DNA of 33,938 bases from a virus (lineage: Duplodnaviria; Caudoviricetes): IMG/VR virus record IMGVR_UViG_3300044623_000912, positions 1 to 33,938 of that record; one strand, written 5' to 3'. The notes under the pieces are model-generated. The model saw only the letters and a program-made list of their open reading frames with translations, did no database searches and was not told the origin of the DNA. The stretch's first letter is position 1; the number at the start of each line of letters is the position of its first letter. Shown one piece after another: positions 26,701 through 33,938 of this stretch. The position numbers were made by a program, and so were the translations under genes.

Positions 26701-29700
26701 GCCTTGACCAGCAAACAGAGCACGACGCCGGCGTGATGGCGGAGTTTGACTCCATGTTCGGCCCAGAAAAGGGCAAGGTGGCGGAGGATGACATTCCGTT
26801 CTCCATCGGGGGATTTGCGAAGCGCGACACGCCCACCTCAGCATCCTTCTCTCTTGGATCGGCGATCATCGCCCACAATGCCGCACTCCGCACCCCACGC
26901 GCCACCCTCATGGAGCGCATCAATGACGAATTCGGTAAACCCATCACCGATACCATTGCCTACAACCCAGAGCACTATTACCGCTACATCGATGAGAACG
27001 GATGGAAGGACGCGCAGGAGCAAGGCCACTTCCGCCCGAACCCTACCAAAGACAAGTATCCGGTTCTTTACGCAGCAAAAGGCACCACTGCCGCCCGTTA
27101 CGCCGCCCGCTATACGGTGGAAATCGATCCCAGCAAGACGGGAAAATGGGGGGAGGTTTCAACCGCTAAATATGTTCAAGGGGAAATCGGAACCGTCCGC
27201 CTCGATGGCGCTGTCCGGGTTTATAAATCCCTGCCGGATGGAACCCATGAAGTCGTGATAGACAACATCGGAACACAGCCTTTCATAGATGCTAACTCCA
27301 GGGGGAATGACAGTTCCTTTTCCATCGGGCGGGCGACCGTCAAGACCACGCCGGAGACGCAGACGTTCCAAGGCGCTGAGGGCTCGCCCTCGGTCATCGG
27401 GCCGGCGTCGTTCTCGATCGGAGCATTCCACGGCACTCCGCACAAGGTGGACAAGTTCAGCACCGACAAGATCGGGACGGGCGAGGGAGCGCAGGCATTT
27501 GGCTGGGGGCTGTATTTTGCAAAGGCGAAAGCCGTGGCGGAAGAATATCGGAAAGGGCTTTCCAGTTTTGTTGCAGTGGACGGGAAGCCGATTCATCGAA
27601 ATAATAAGAACGTCGGAACCACTGGAGATTCTGGGCTTGATGATCTTCTAATTGCCAACATGGGCGACTTGGACGCTGCAATCAAGGATGCTCAAGATGG
27701 TTTAGAAGATTACATTCCGAAGCTGGAAGCACTGCGCGGGCGTGTGGATAGATCGACCAACGGCAACCTCTACACCGTCACGCTCGACGTGAACGACGAG
27801 GATCTGCTGGATTTGGACAAACCACTCTCAGGACAGAATCAGGCAATTCGGGACATTCTCCTGCCACTGATCAAAGCCCAACAAGCAAAGTTTCCAACAC
27901 TCATACCCGCTGGATTTGATATTGAGACGCTCGCTGGGGGAGGTCTTTTGAATGTGATGGGGCGCGATGAATCAGATTCGCTGGGAACGGATAAAGATGC
28001 GAGCATGAGACTGCTGGCCGCCGGCATCCCCGGCATCCGCTACCTCGACGGCAATTCCCGCGCGGACGGGGAAGGCTCTTACAACTACGTCGTGTTCGAT
28101 GAATCCAAGATCAAGATCACGGAAGAGAACGGGACGCCGGTGGACCTGGGCGCGGGGGGATTCTCCCTCGGCCGCGGTCTCACCACGGTCTTTGACGAGG
28201 CAAGCAAGCCCATGGCCAACGTCCAACCTTCTATTGGTACCTTTGGCCGGGAAATCGGGCTGACTGGTGGCAACGGGTGGAACGCATCTCGGGGCATGAG
28301 TAACAACGCCGCACGAGCCATCGATGACGGGAAACTACCGCGGCCGGAATTCAAGGAATGGCTTGCGGAGTTGCTGGGCATAGTATCGCTTTCGGAAGCA
28401 GCCATTTCCGCCGGTGACACCAATGCTCAGAACATTTTCAAGGAATATCACCACATGGGAAAAAACCGTGCGGAGGTGAGTTTCTATGATCCTGCGGCCA
28501 TTGAACTCTCTCCGAAATTTTTTCTCGGCATCGCTGGTTATTATGACCAAACGAAAAGCGGCAAGAAGGCAGCCGGTGCCGCTCGCAAGCAGGCGCTAAT
28601 CGCATGGAAGAACCTGAAACAAAGCCTGATCGATGCAGGTGAAATGGGAGACTGGAAAGGCTCTGAAACCAAGGATGTGAGAAATCAGTCCGGGCAATCC
28701 GAGTTTGTGGTGGGCCAGTTGAAAAAAGGCATCGCCCTAGAAGATGCGCTGGAGCAAGAGCGCAGGATTCTGATTCAGGATGCAAACCCGGAGATCGTGA
28801 AACTCAAGCGCAAGGCGGCGAACCTCGACGCCCGCATTTCATCTCTCTCGTTCCAGGAGAAAACCAACCCAACCGAGTGGTGGGATATTCCCTTTGAGGA
28901 AAAGATTTCCCCTCTGCTTGCTCAACGCGACTCATTGGCGGAGGAAATAGAGTCCCTGACTCGGACGGCGGAAGCCGTAGATATGCAAAGCAGGGAAACC
29001 GAGCCAGGGAGTGAATCAAGGCAAAGCCTCGGGCCGCAGAATGGAGCAGCTTCTGCACAGGATGCAAGCGGATTCTCCATCGGCCCCGCCCAGGATGCAG
29101 AATACCTCGAACTGGCAAAAGACCCTGAGAAGAACCGCTCGATCTTGCAACAAATGGTGGATGATGCCGCTACGGCGGCAGGGTATCAGACGGTGCTTCA
29201 CCACGGAACCCCAAAGGATTTGCCGGATGTCCTCGACAGGAAAGCCGGGAACAACTTCTGGGAGGATTTCGAGTCGTGGGGTATCTGGACGACCCAGCAA
29301 AAAGAATCCGCTGCACGCTATGGCGACCCGAAGACCTTCTACGCAGACCCCGGACAGCAACTCACGTATCGCGGTGAAAACGCTTGGGGTGAGTGGGCTA
29401 AGGATTTTGCGGAGATCGCATATCCGGGGGTGAGTATCCCTGGAGGCTCGGATGCTCGCGCAATCCGAAAAATCGTTTCCGATTTCTTGGACTCAAAGGT
29501 CGCTAACTACAACCGAGGGAAATCCAAGGAGTCTCAGATACCAACTCACGGCCAAGGCAAGAAAGGTCGTGACTGGATTGCTGCAAATTTTCCCGGTGCA
29601 GACGGCTACAACCAATACCTGAAAGACAACGGTTACGGCTCAGTGCAGATGCGTAACGCCATGGTGGACGGACGGGAGCAGAATATCACCGTTGTCCTTG

Positions 29701-32700
29701 AATCGAACCAACTGAAATCCGCAGACCCTGTTAACTATGAAAAAGAAACCGAAACCCAAGACGCTTCTGGAACTGTTCATGGAGGGAAAACTGTAATCCC
29801 GCTTTCCCAGCGCTTTGATTCCTCCAAGGATTCAATCGCCTTCTCCATCGGTCCCGCCCAGGATGCAGAATACCTCGAACTGGCAAAAGACCCTGAGAAG
29901 AACCGCTCGATCTTGCAACAAATGGTGGATGCCGCAGCGAATGCGGCAGGATACTTCACGAACGAAGGAAAAGGCGTGTTTCACGGGACGCGCAAACGGA
30001 TCTCCAACGGCCAGTATCAGGAAGGGATTCCGTTTACTGTCTTTGATGATGCTCTCAACAATTCCGGCAGTCAGGCGGGGGAGCGCATTAAAAAGCGCGG
30101 GTTTTGGTTTACCGATTCGGAGAGTTTGGCGCGGGCGTTTGGACTTCACGCAGGCGAAAAAACTGGCATGATGACTCTTCCAAGGGATGTTCATTTGCAT
30201 CGGGTATTTTTAAAAATGGAAAACCCCGAGGTTCTCAAAGACCCTTATTTCCGCAAGATCGACCAAGAGAAACTAGTGGAGGCATCCAATCGCACGGATA
30301 TAGACGGGGTGATGGCCTACCGCGTCGAAGAACCCTACATGGGTGCGCCGGCAAATGTTTTTGCTGTGTTCAAATCATCACAAATCAAATCTGCGGACCC
30401 GGTAACCTATGACGAATCAGGAAACGTGATCCCGCTTTCCCAACGATTCGACCCGAACAACGATTCCATTTCCTTCTCCCTCGGCCCCGCCCAGGTGGCC
30501 GGCATCCTCTCCGACAACGCGCTCGCCCGCATCACCGACCCGCGGCGCCGCACGCATGTCATGTCCCGCATCGCTAGGGACTTCAATGCCATGCGCCTGC
30601 AAATCGAGCGGATTTCCTCACTGGCGGGCATCCGCCGGAGCAAGGGGGATCTTAGTCGCGAGGCGATGGCCCGCGAGGATCTGGCGGCGGAAGAGAAGAT
30701 CGCAGCCATCCATGCTCGGTTCGGATCACTGCTGGCGGATGAGGACTTGGTGAAGATCAAGAGCCAACCGGTGCACGCGCACCTGGCAGATCCCACCACG
30801 CCCCTGCGCGGGCGGCTCAAGTCCAAGGCTGCGGCCATCAAATCGAACCCAGAACGCTACCAACTCCACCGTGCCGGCGACTACGACGGCAGCGACGGGG
30901 TTTCCCGCTCGGTGTTTGGCGGGCAGAATATGCCTGACCAGGCAGCGCAAGAACTCTACGATGAGGGGCTCATCAAGGAACCCACCGCGGATGCCATGTG
31001 GGAAGCCCTACTGGCGGAGCAAAACACGGTGGCAGGCATGAAGGAAATGCTGCTCAAGGCCAAGGAGCAAATCCGCCAAGCCAAGCAGGAAGCCAAGCAG
31101 GAGGCCAACGAATGGCTGGCCACCCAGAGCAAGGATCAAGAGGTGAATTATTCCGACAAGGAGGAAATCCGCCGGGCACTGCGGATGCTCGATGCCATCC
31201 TGCTCGCCCTGCCAGCGGAGATCCGCGGGAAGATCGGCGGGTACACGCAAATTTCCATGATCACCACCGACGAGGCCCGGCTTACCTACCTCCAGGACAA
31301 GCTCGCCAAGGCGGACAAGGAACTCGAAACCTTCCTCCGCGTGGAATACGCCAAGGAGTGGGAAGAACTGCTCAAGAAGGCGGCGCCCAAGACCAACGAG
31401 GCAGGGCAGCGCCCCACCGGCTCCATCGCGGCGGATGCATACGATGTGTTCCGCGTGGCGGAGTGGGCCATGGGCCAGTCCTTCGCGCTGGGCGAGGCCG
31501 AGGCCGACAAGTATGATGCCATCGCCGACAACGCCGAAACGGAAATCCCCGAGGCGGATCTGGCCCGCGTGAAAGCGCAAATGATCCGGCTCACCACCAA
31601 CTGGAATGCCGCGGACGCCGCACGCCGGGAGCAAGCCGTCCTCGAGGGCGACAAGATTTATTTCGGGGGCCTCCGCGCCCTGGCCATCGATAATAGCCGC
31701 CGCCGCGAACGCCTGGGCAAGCTCCGCACCTCCGCCATCCAGGGCACCGGCAAGACCGGGGCACGGATGGAGCGGGAGGCCGCCAAGCAAGCCGCCGCCA
31801 GCAAGGGCGGAGTGTTCCGTGAAATGTCATGGGAGTTCCTCAGCTTCGGCCAACTTGTCAATGTGCTGTTCGGTGAGAAGTCAGACGTTGCCAAGTGGTT
31901 CAACGCCCGCGAGATCGCCGCCAGCAATGCCGCGCATGATGGATTCCAAGCCAAGGTAAACAGCCTGGAGTCCCTCTTCGATTCGCTATCCGGCAACCGC
32001 TTCGACGGCGAGAAGCTCCGCCACCGCATGGCCACCAGCCAGACGATCAAGGTGACCGATGCGCTCGGGGTGAAGCAATCCTTGAGCGATTCCCAGGCGA
32101 TCACCTTCCTGCTCATGTGGCGGCAAGAGGATGGCCGCCGGCACATGGAGGGCATCATCGACGAGCAAACCGGAGCGGTCATTTCCTCATGGGGCTGGGA
32201 CGAGGATTCCGCGGCGGACATCGAGAGCCAACTTTCCCGCGAGGGTCGCGCCGTCATGGCATTCTTGGCGAGTTCCTACGGCGAGGAATACGACCGCATC
32301 AACGAGGTGTTCCGTAAAATCTGGAACGTCTCCATGCCACGGCACAAGATGTACGCACCGCTCTCGGTCAACCCGGTGCAAGGCAAGGGCGACACGATCA
32401 TGGATCCGGTATCAGGTGATACCATGGGAGCGGGCATGACGCCTGGCAGCCTCAAGAACCGGAGTTTCTCCGCCATCGCGGAGCCCGAGCTCAAGGACGC
32501 CTTCCAAGTCTTCCTCACCCACGCCCGCCAGATGGAGCATTTCATCGCCTATGGTGAATTTTCCCGCGATGCGCTCGGCGTCATCAACCGCCGGGAAACT
32601 CGCTCGGCCATCCTCGCCGCGGGCGGGCCGACGGCTGCCGGTACACTCTCGAAGTGGATCGACTACTTCGCCCTCGGTGGCGTGCAAGATGCGAACATCG

Positions 32701-33758
32701 GTAGCAAGTGGGGGCGGATCATGGGCGGGATGCTTGGTAGGATCTCACAGGCCGCGCTGGTGGGACGCGTGAGCGTGCTGGCCATGCAGTCGCTGCAACT
32801 GGCTGCCGCATCCTTCAAGATGCCCCTGGGTAGCTTCCTCACCCGCTTTGCCAAGCTCTCCACTGGGCAACTGGGTTGGAGCGATGCCATCCATTCTGAA
32901 TACATCGAGCGCCGGGTATCACAAATGCCGCCGCTCGTCCGGGATATGCTGGCGGGCATCGCCTCCGGCACGCCGAACCGCGCCAAGTATCTCGCAGGGA
33001 AATTGGGCCAGACCATCTCCGGGGCGGACGCACTCTTCACCGCCGGCACCTACGCCATTTTTTACGATTACCACCTCAAGATCGCCAAGGCGTCCAAGGC
33101 GGAGAACCCGGAAGCAGTGGCCCACAAGGAGGCCGAGCGCCTCACCGACCAAGTCGCGCAACCCACCCGCACCGGTGCTCGCTCGTGGTTGGAAGTCGCC
33201 AACCAGGGCAACCCCGCCTTCCGCGCCATGTGGAATTTCTCAAGTGACCCACGTCAGAAAGCCTCGCTCATCGTTTACGAGGCCATGCGCCGGGATACCT
33301 CTGGCTTGGATAAGGCGGGCAACGTCGCATTCATGAGCGCCAAGGTCTGGATCATCGGCGGCATCCTGACCACTCTGCTTCGCACCATCGTCCGGGATCT
33401 CCGCAGCGACGACGACGACGAAATCTTCGACGAGCGCTACTGGAATCCGCAGCGCCTGGCACTCATGGCTGCCACGGGCCCACTCAGTGCAGTGCCATTC
33501 CTTGGTGGGATGATCGAAGCATCCACCTACGCGGCCACCGGGCAATTCATGCCGAAGGGTGGGATGCTGAATTTCATGGAATCCGCCGCTGCCATCCCCG
33601 CCAAGTGGGGCAAGGGCAAGGTGGAACCGCTGAAAGATCTGGAAACCCTTGCCACCGCGGGTGCAGGCTTCTCGGGTACGTCCGCCGCCGCGGCCTCGGC
33701 CCTGCACATCCTCCGCGATGTTGTCGGGTTCATCGAGAACCTTGAGGGGCCAGATTAA
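23784..33758 (+). CDS. Giant (3324 aa) polyvalent ejection protein, gp16 position: zincin-like HExxH, LPD23-like and ADP-ribosyltransferase-like domains
   Basis: FHENVH (His at 26241); AFHGTPHKVDKFSTDKIGTGEGAQAFGWGLYFA; two HGT...G.W.T...KSADP ART-like units; hydrophobic helices near both ends. Confidence 0.85.
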   Translation: MATFKISDIPLVDSNPAETFTPAPTQADVPTVPVIGIPQSSAPPPAMLDTFGASPWVDQEKDYNQALNDWYRTGQDNLDNAIFDPDKAFNGMNLDFEADPDTAKRTLINESWMELNHDEPLAPTELQRAVQMQVASLAKFNEMVSTPEDLYKLIKKDAGKRKDANALHSTLADAAIHSALMPTGKIGDFRAWHETAKGKPGYDASKVGDYMEAYEERRMQAAERMAPFRADLLAVFKTMQAGGAGSASEVLKSIGADLLLGGGADDEDTIDEIQKKDAGAVAFEAYERIAPEDRQEFLNGIQTLAQSLPEEAKAAFWANMGKSGGRAVDDLGRGIANTFSVAGLEKSLNEEFQKTAGPFGGSVSDKAEAKANVDRMLLRRNFSDSVRKMEREKYAPLNYFSDNSTDTFSWRTLESGVYGMPAVVASVATIMIPVVGHAAMYYAMEDFAYADLRDNAIRAGASELDASRFANDYKSIAAIPQTAAEFIQNYAALGKLPVANAALRKLGDKITNRLIRGTAIAGTLSAAETMVEEVQYQIPYVVQDLTAALSEDTGVPEAVWSNGQDGAFDGFWTRQATVFISMLPMGIGQGIGGLSNEAQARAMAQASTTELQAFGVTAEGIASIKNATGQSTLNAVVTTAMETRDPNSQEAKAAVEALKAQLASARQAKADLERLGYSAPSFTQTSEGIFVFDGEGKELGVAPDLSGAIRIARTHTGALDNLEADQVAALGSLMEAAKAAVALDPSSTVEVNLGEFDPDKATPEMAARFAAQVALKEQAEGGTGDIARSVLGYSVTNFAQGMRETVNKLFRGASVTDVFHENVHGLRRGALAAGTITRSDEIALLRSLDTILGGKVTKEGVQLRFIPENMTDDQISETLLDEAFSEIAEMEILRTRKKDGKGKFGLTRGVISRNLTALTKLMPGVIGKWQAFMQAVRARWGLSLSRAIAMKKAERDGTFDKEGYDAYLDKLLGLDQQTEHDAGVMAEFDSMFGPEKGKVAEDDIPFSIGGFAKRDTPTSASFSLGSAIIAHNAALRTPRATLMERINDEFGKPITDTIAYNPEHYYRYIDENGWKDAQEQGHFRPNPTKDKYPVLYAAKGTTAARYAARYTVEIDPSKTGKWGEVSTAKYVQGEIGTVRLDGAVRVYKSLPDGTHEVVIDNIGTQPFIDANSRGNDSSFSIGRATVKTTPETQTFQGAEGSPSVIGPASFSIGAFHGTPHKVDKFSTDKIGTGEGAQAFGWGLYFAKAKAVAEEYRKGLSSFVAVDGKPIHRNNKNVGTTGDSGLDDLLIANMGDLDAAIKDAQDGLEDYIPKLEALRGRVDRSTNGNLYTVTLDVNDEDLLDLDKPLSGQNQAIRDILLPLIKAQQAKFPTLIPAGFDIETLAGGGLLNVMGRDESDSLGTDKDASMRLLAAGIPGIRYLDGNSRADGEGSYNYVVFDESKIKITEENGTPVDLGAGGFSLGRGLTTVFDEASKPMANVQPSIGTFGREIGLTGGNGWNASRGMSNNAARAIDDGKLPRPEFKEWLAELLGIVSLSEAAISAGDTNAQNIFKEYHHMGKNRAEVSFYDPAAIELSPKFFLGIAGYYDQTKSGKKAAGAARKQALIAWKNLKQSLIDAGEMGDWKGSETKDVRNQSGQSEFVVGQLKKGIALEDALEQERRILIQDANPEIVKLKRKAANLDARISSLSFQEKTNPTEWWDIPFEEKISPLLAQRDSLAEEIESLTRTAEAVDMQSRETEPGSESRQSLGPQNGAASAQDASGFSIGPAQDAEYLELAKDPEKNRSILQQMVDDAATAAGYQTVLHHGTPKDLPDVLDRKAGNNFWEDFESWGIWTTQQKESAARYGDPKTFYADPGQQLTYRGENAWGEWAKDFAEIAYPGVSIPGGSDARAIRKIVSDFLDSKVANYNRGKSKESQIPTHGQGKKGRDWIAANFPGADGYNQYLKDNGYGSVQMRNAMVDGREQNITVVLESNQLKSADPVNYEKETETQDASGTVHGGKTVIPLSQRFDSSKDSIAFSIGPAQDAEYLELAKDPEKNRSILQQMVDAAANAAGYFTNEGKGVFHGTRKRISNGQYQEGIPFTVFDDALNNSGSQAGERIKKRGFWFTDSESLARAFGLHAGEKTGMMTLPRDVHLHRVFLKMENPEVLKDPYFRKIDQEKLVEASNRTDIDGVMAYRVEEPYMGAPANVFAVFKSSQIKSADPVTYDESGNVIPLSQRFDPNNDSISFSLGPAQVAGILSDNALARITDPRRRTHVMSRIARDFNAMRLQIERISSLAGIRRSKGDLSREAMAREDLAAEEKIAAIHARFGSLLADEDLVKIKSQPVHAHLADPTTPLRGRLKSKAAAIKSNPERYQLHRAGDYDGSDGVSRSVFGGQNMPDQAAQELYDEGLIKEPTADAMWEALLAEQNTVAGMKEMLLKAKEQIRQAKQEAKQEANEWLATQSKDQEVNYSDKEEIRRALRMLDAILLALPAEIRGKIGGYTQISMITTDEARLTYLQDKLAKADKELETFLRVEYAKEWEELLKKAAPKTNEAGQRPTGSIAADAYDVFRVAEWAMGQSFALGEAEADKYDAIADNAETEIPEADLARVKAQMIRLTTNWNAADAARREQAVLEGDKIYFGGLRALAIDNSRRRERLGKLRTSAIQGTGKTGARMEREAAKQAAASKGGVFREMSWEFLSFGQLVNVLFGEKSDVAKWFNAREIAASNAAHDGFQAKVNSLESLFDSLSGNRFDGEKLRHRMATSQTIKVTDALGVKQSLSDSQAITFLLMWRQEDGRRHMEGIIDEQTGAVISSWGWDEDSAADIESQLSREGRAVMAFLASSYGEEYDRINEVFRKIWNVSMPRHKMYAPLSVNPVQGKGDTIMDPVSGDTMGAGMTPGSLKNRSFSAIAEPELKDAFQVFLTHARQMEHFIAYGEFSRDALGVINRRETRSAILAAGGPTAAGTLSKWIDYFALGGVQDANIGSKWGRIMGGMLGRISQAALVGRVSVLAMQSLQLAAASFKMPLGSFLTRFAKLSTGQLGWSDAIHSEYIERRVSQMPPLVRDMLAGIASGTPNRAKYLAGKLGQTISGADALFTAGTYAIFYDYHLKIAKASKAENPEAVAHKEAERLTDQVAQPTRTGARSWLEVANQGNPAFRAMWNFSSDPRQKASLIVYEAMRRDTSGLDKAGNVAFMSAKVWIIGGILTTLLRTIVRDLRSDDDDEIFDERYWNPQRLALMAATGPLSAVPFLGGMIEASTYAATGQFMPKGGMLNFMESAAAIPAKWGKGKVEPLKDLETLATAGAGFSGTSAAAASALHILRDVVGFIENLEGPD
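29073..29163 (+). repeat. 91-bp direct repeat, copy 1
   Basis: 90/91 identical to 29841-29931; encodes FSIGPAQDAEYLELAKDPEKNRSILQQMVD. Confidence 0.95.
29841..29931 (+). repeat. 91-bp direct repeat, copy 2
   Basis: 768 bp downstream of copy 1; one synonymous mismatch (GGC/GGT). Confidence 0.95.
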
Positions 33759-33769
33759 CTTTCCTTAAC

Positions 33770-33814
33770 CTTCCCGTTTGTTCAATCCGCCTTTCCGTCC
33801 GAGGTGGGTAGGTT
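33770..33814 (+). promoter_or_regulatory. Late-promoter motif copy 4 (leaderless)
   Basis: CTTCCCGTT-TGTTCAA-N23-TAGGTT, 7 nt, then ATG 33822. Confidence 0.6.
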
Positions 33815-33821
33815 GGCGCCA

Positions 33822-33938
33822 ATGATTGGCGACACTACCAACTTCACGGAATATGTCGGCAACGGCAGCACCGTCACGCCCTACGCCATCCCATTCCGCT
33901 ACGACGCGGCCGGCTGGGTCTATGTCACCGTGACCACC
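33822..33938 (+). CDS. Tail fibre N-terminal anchor (T7 gp17-like), 3'-truncated
   Basis: MIGDTTNFTEYVGNGSTVTPYAIPFRYDAAGWVYVTVTT; Y.GNG.T...IPF motif. Confidence 0.8.
   Translation, partial: MIGDTTNFTEYVGNGSTVTPYAIPFRYDAAGWVYVTVTT

Noticed and set aside
29073-29931. Diversity-generating retroelement TR/VR pair
   Set aside because: Single C/T mismatch rather than adenine-specific differences; both copies coding; no reverse transcriptase in the window.
23784-33758. Virion RNA polymerase (N4- or crAss-like) or DarB-type methylase/helicase as identity of the giant ORF
   Set aside because: No RNAP catalytic, methyltransferase or SF2 helicase motifs recognised by eye; a profile search is needed to fully exclude them.

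Overview
Nearly complete genome of a temperate, short-tailed (podovirus-type) phage, apparently circularly permuted. The window opens inside a low-GC ORF with a trypsin-like protease domain and closes in the first 39 codons of a T7-gp17-like tail-fibre gene. Gene order: lysis cassette (small membrane proteins, lipoprotein, M15 endolysin), intact attP (tRNA 3'-end core with paired arm repeats), tyrosine integrase, HTH/RHH repressor (-), divergent early operon (small RHH-like protein, Rha/ANT antirepressor, RusA, SSB, initiator with internal origin, DnaC-like loader, wHTH), TerS/TerL, portal, scaffold, capsid, tail adaptor and nozzle, then ejection proteins including a 3324-aa polyvalent protein. 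Main findings: (1) a 21-nt exact copy of part of the dnaC-like gene sits between two hairpins in the repressor-integrase spacer, antisense on the lysogenic-strand transcript; (2) the giant virion protein is built of effector cassettes separated by eight FS[IL]G motifs, with DNA-level repeats at the borders; (3) a fixed-spacing late-promoter motif occurs four times, three apparently leaderless. All protein calls come from motif recognition and gene order; no database searches were run.
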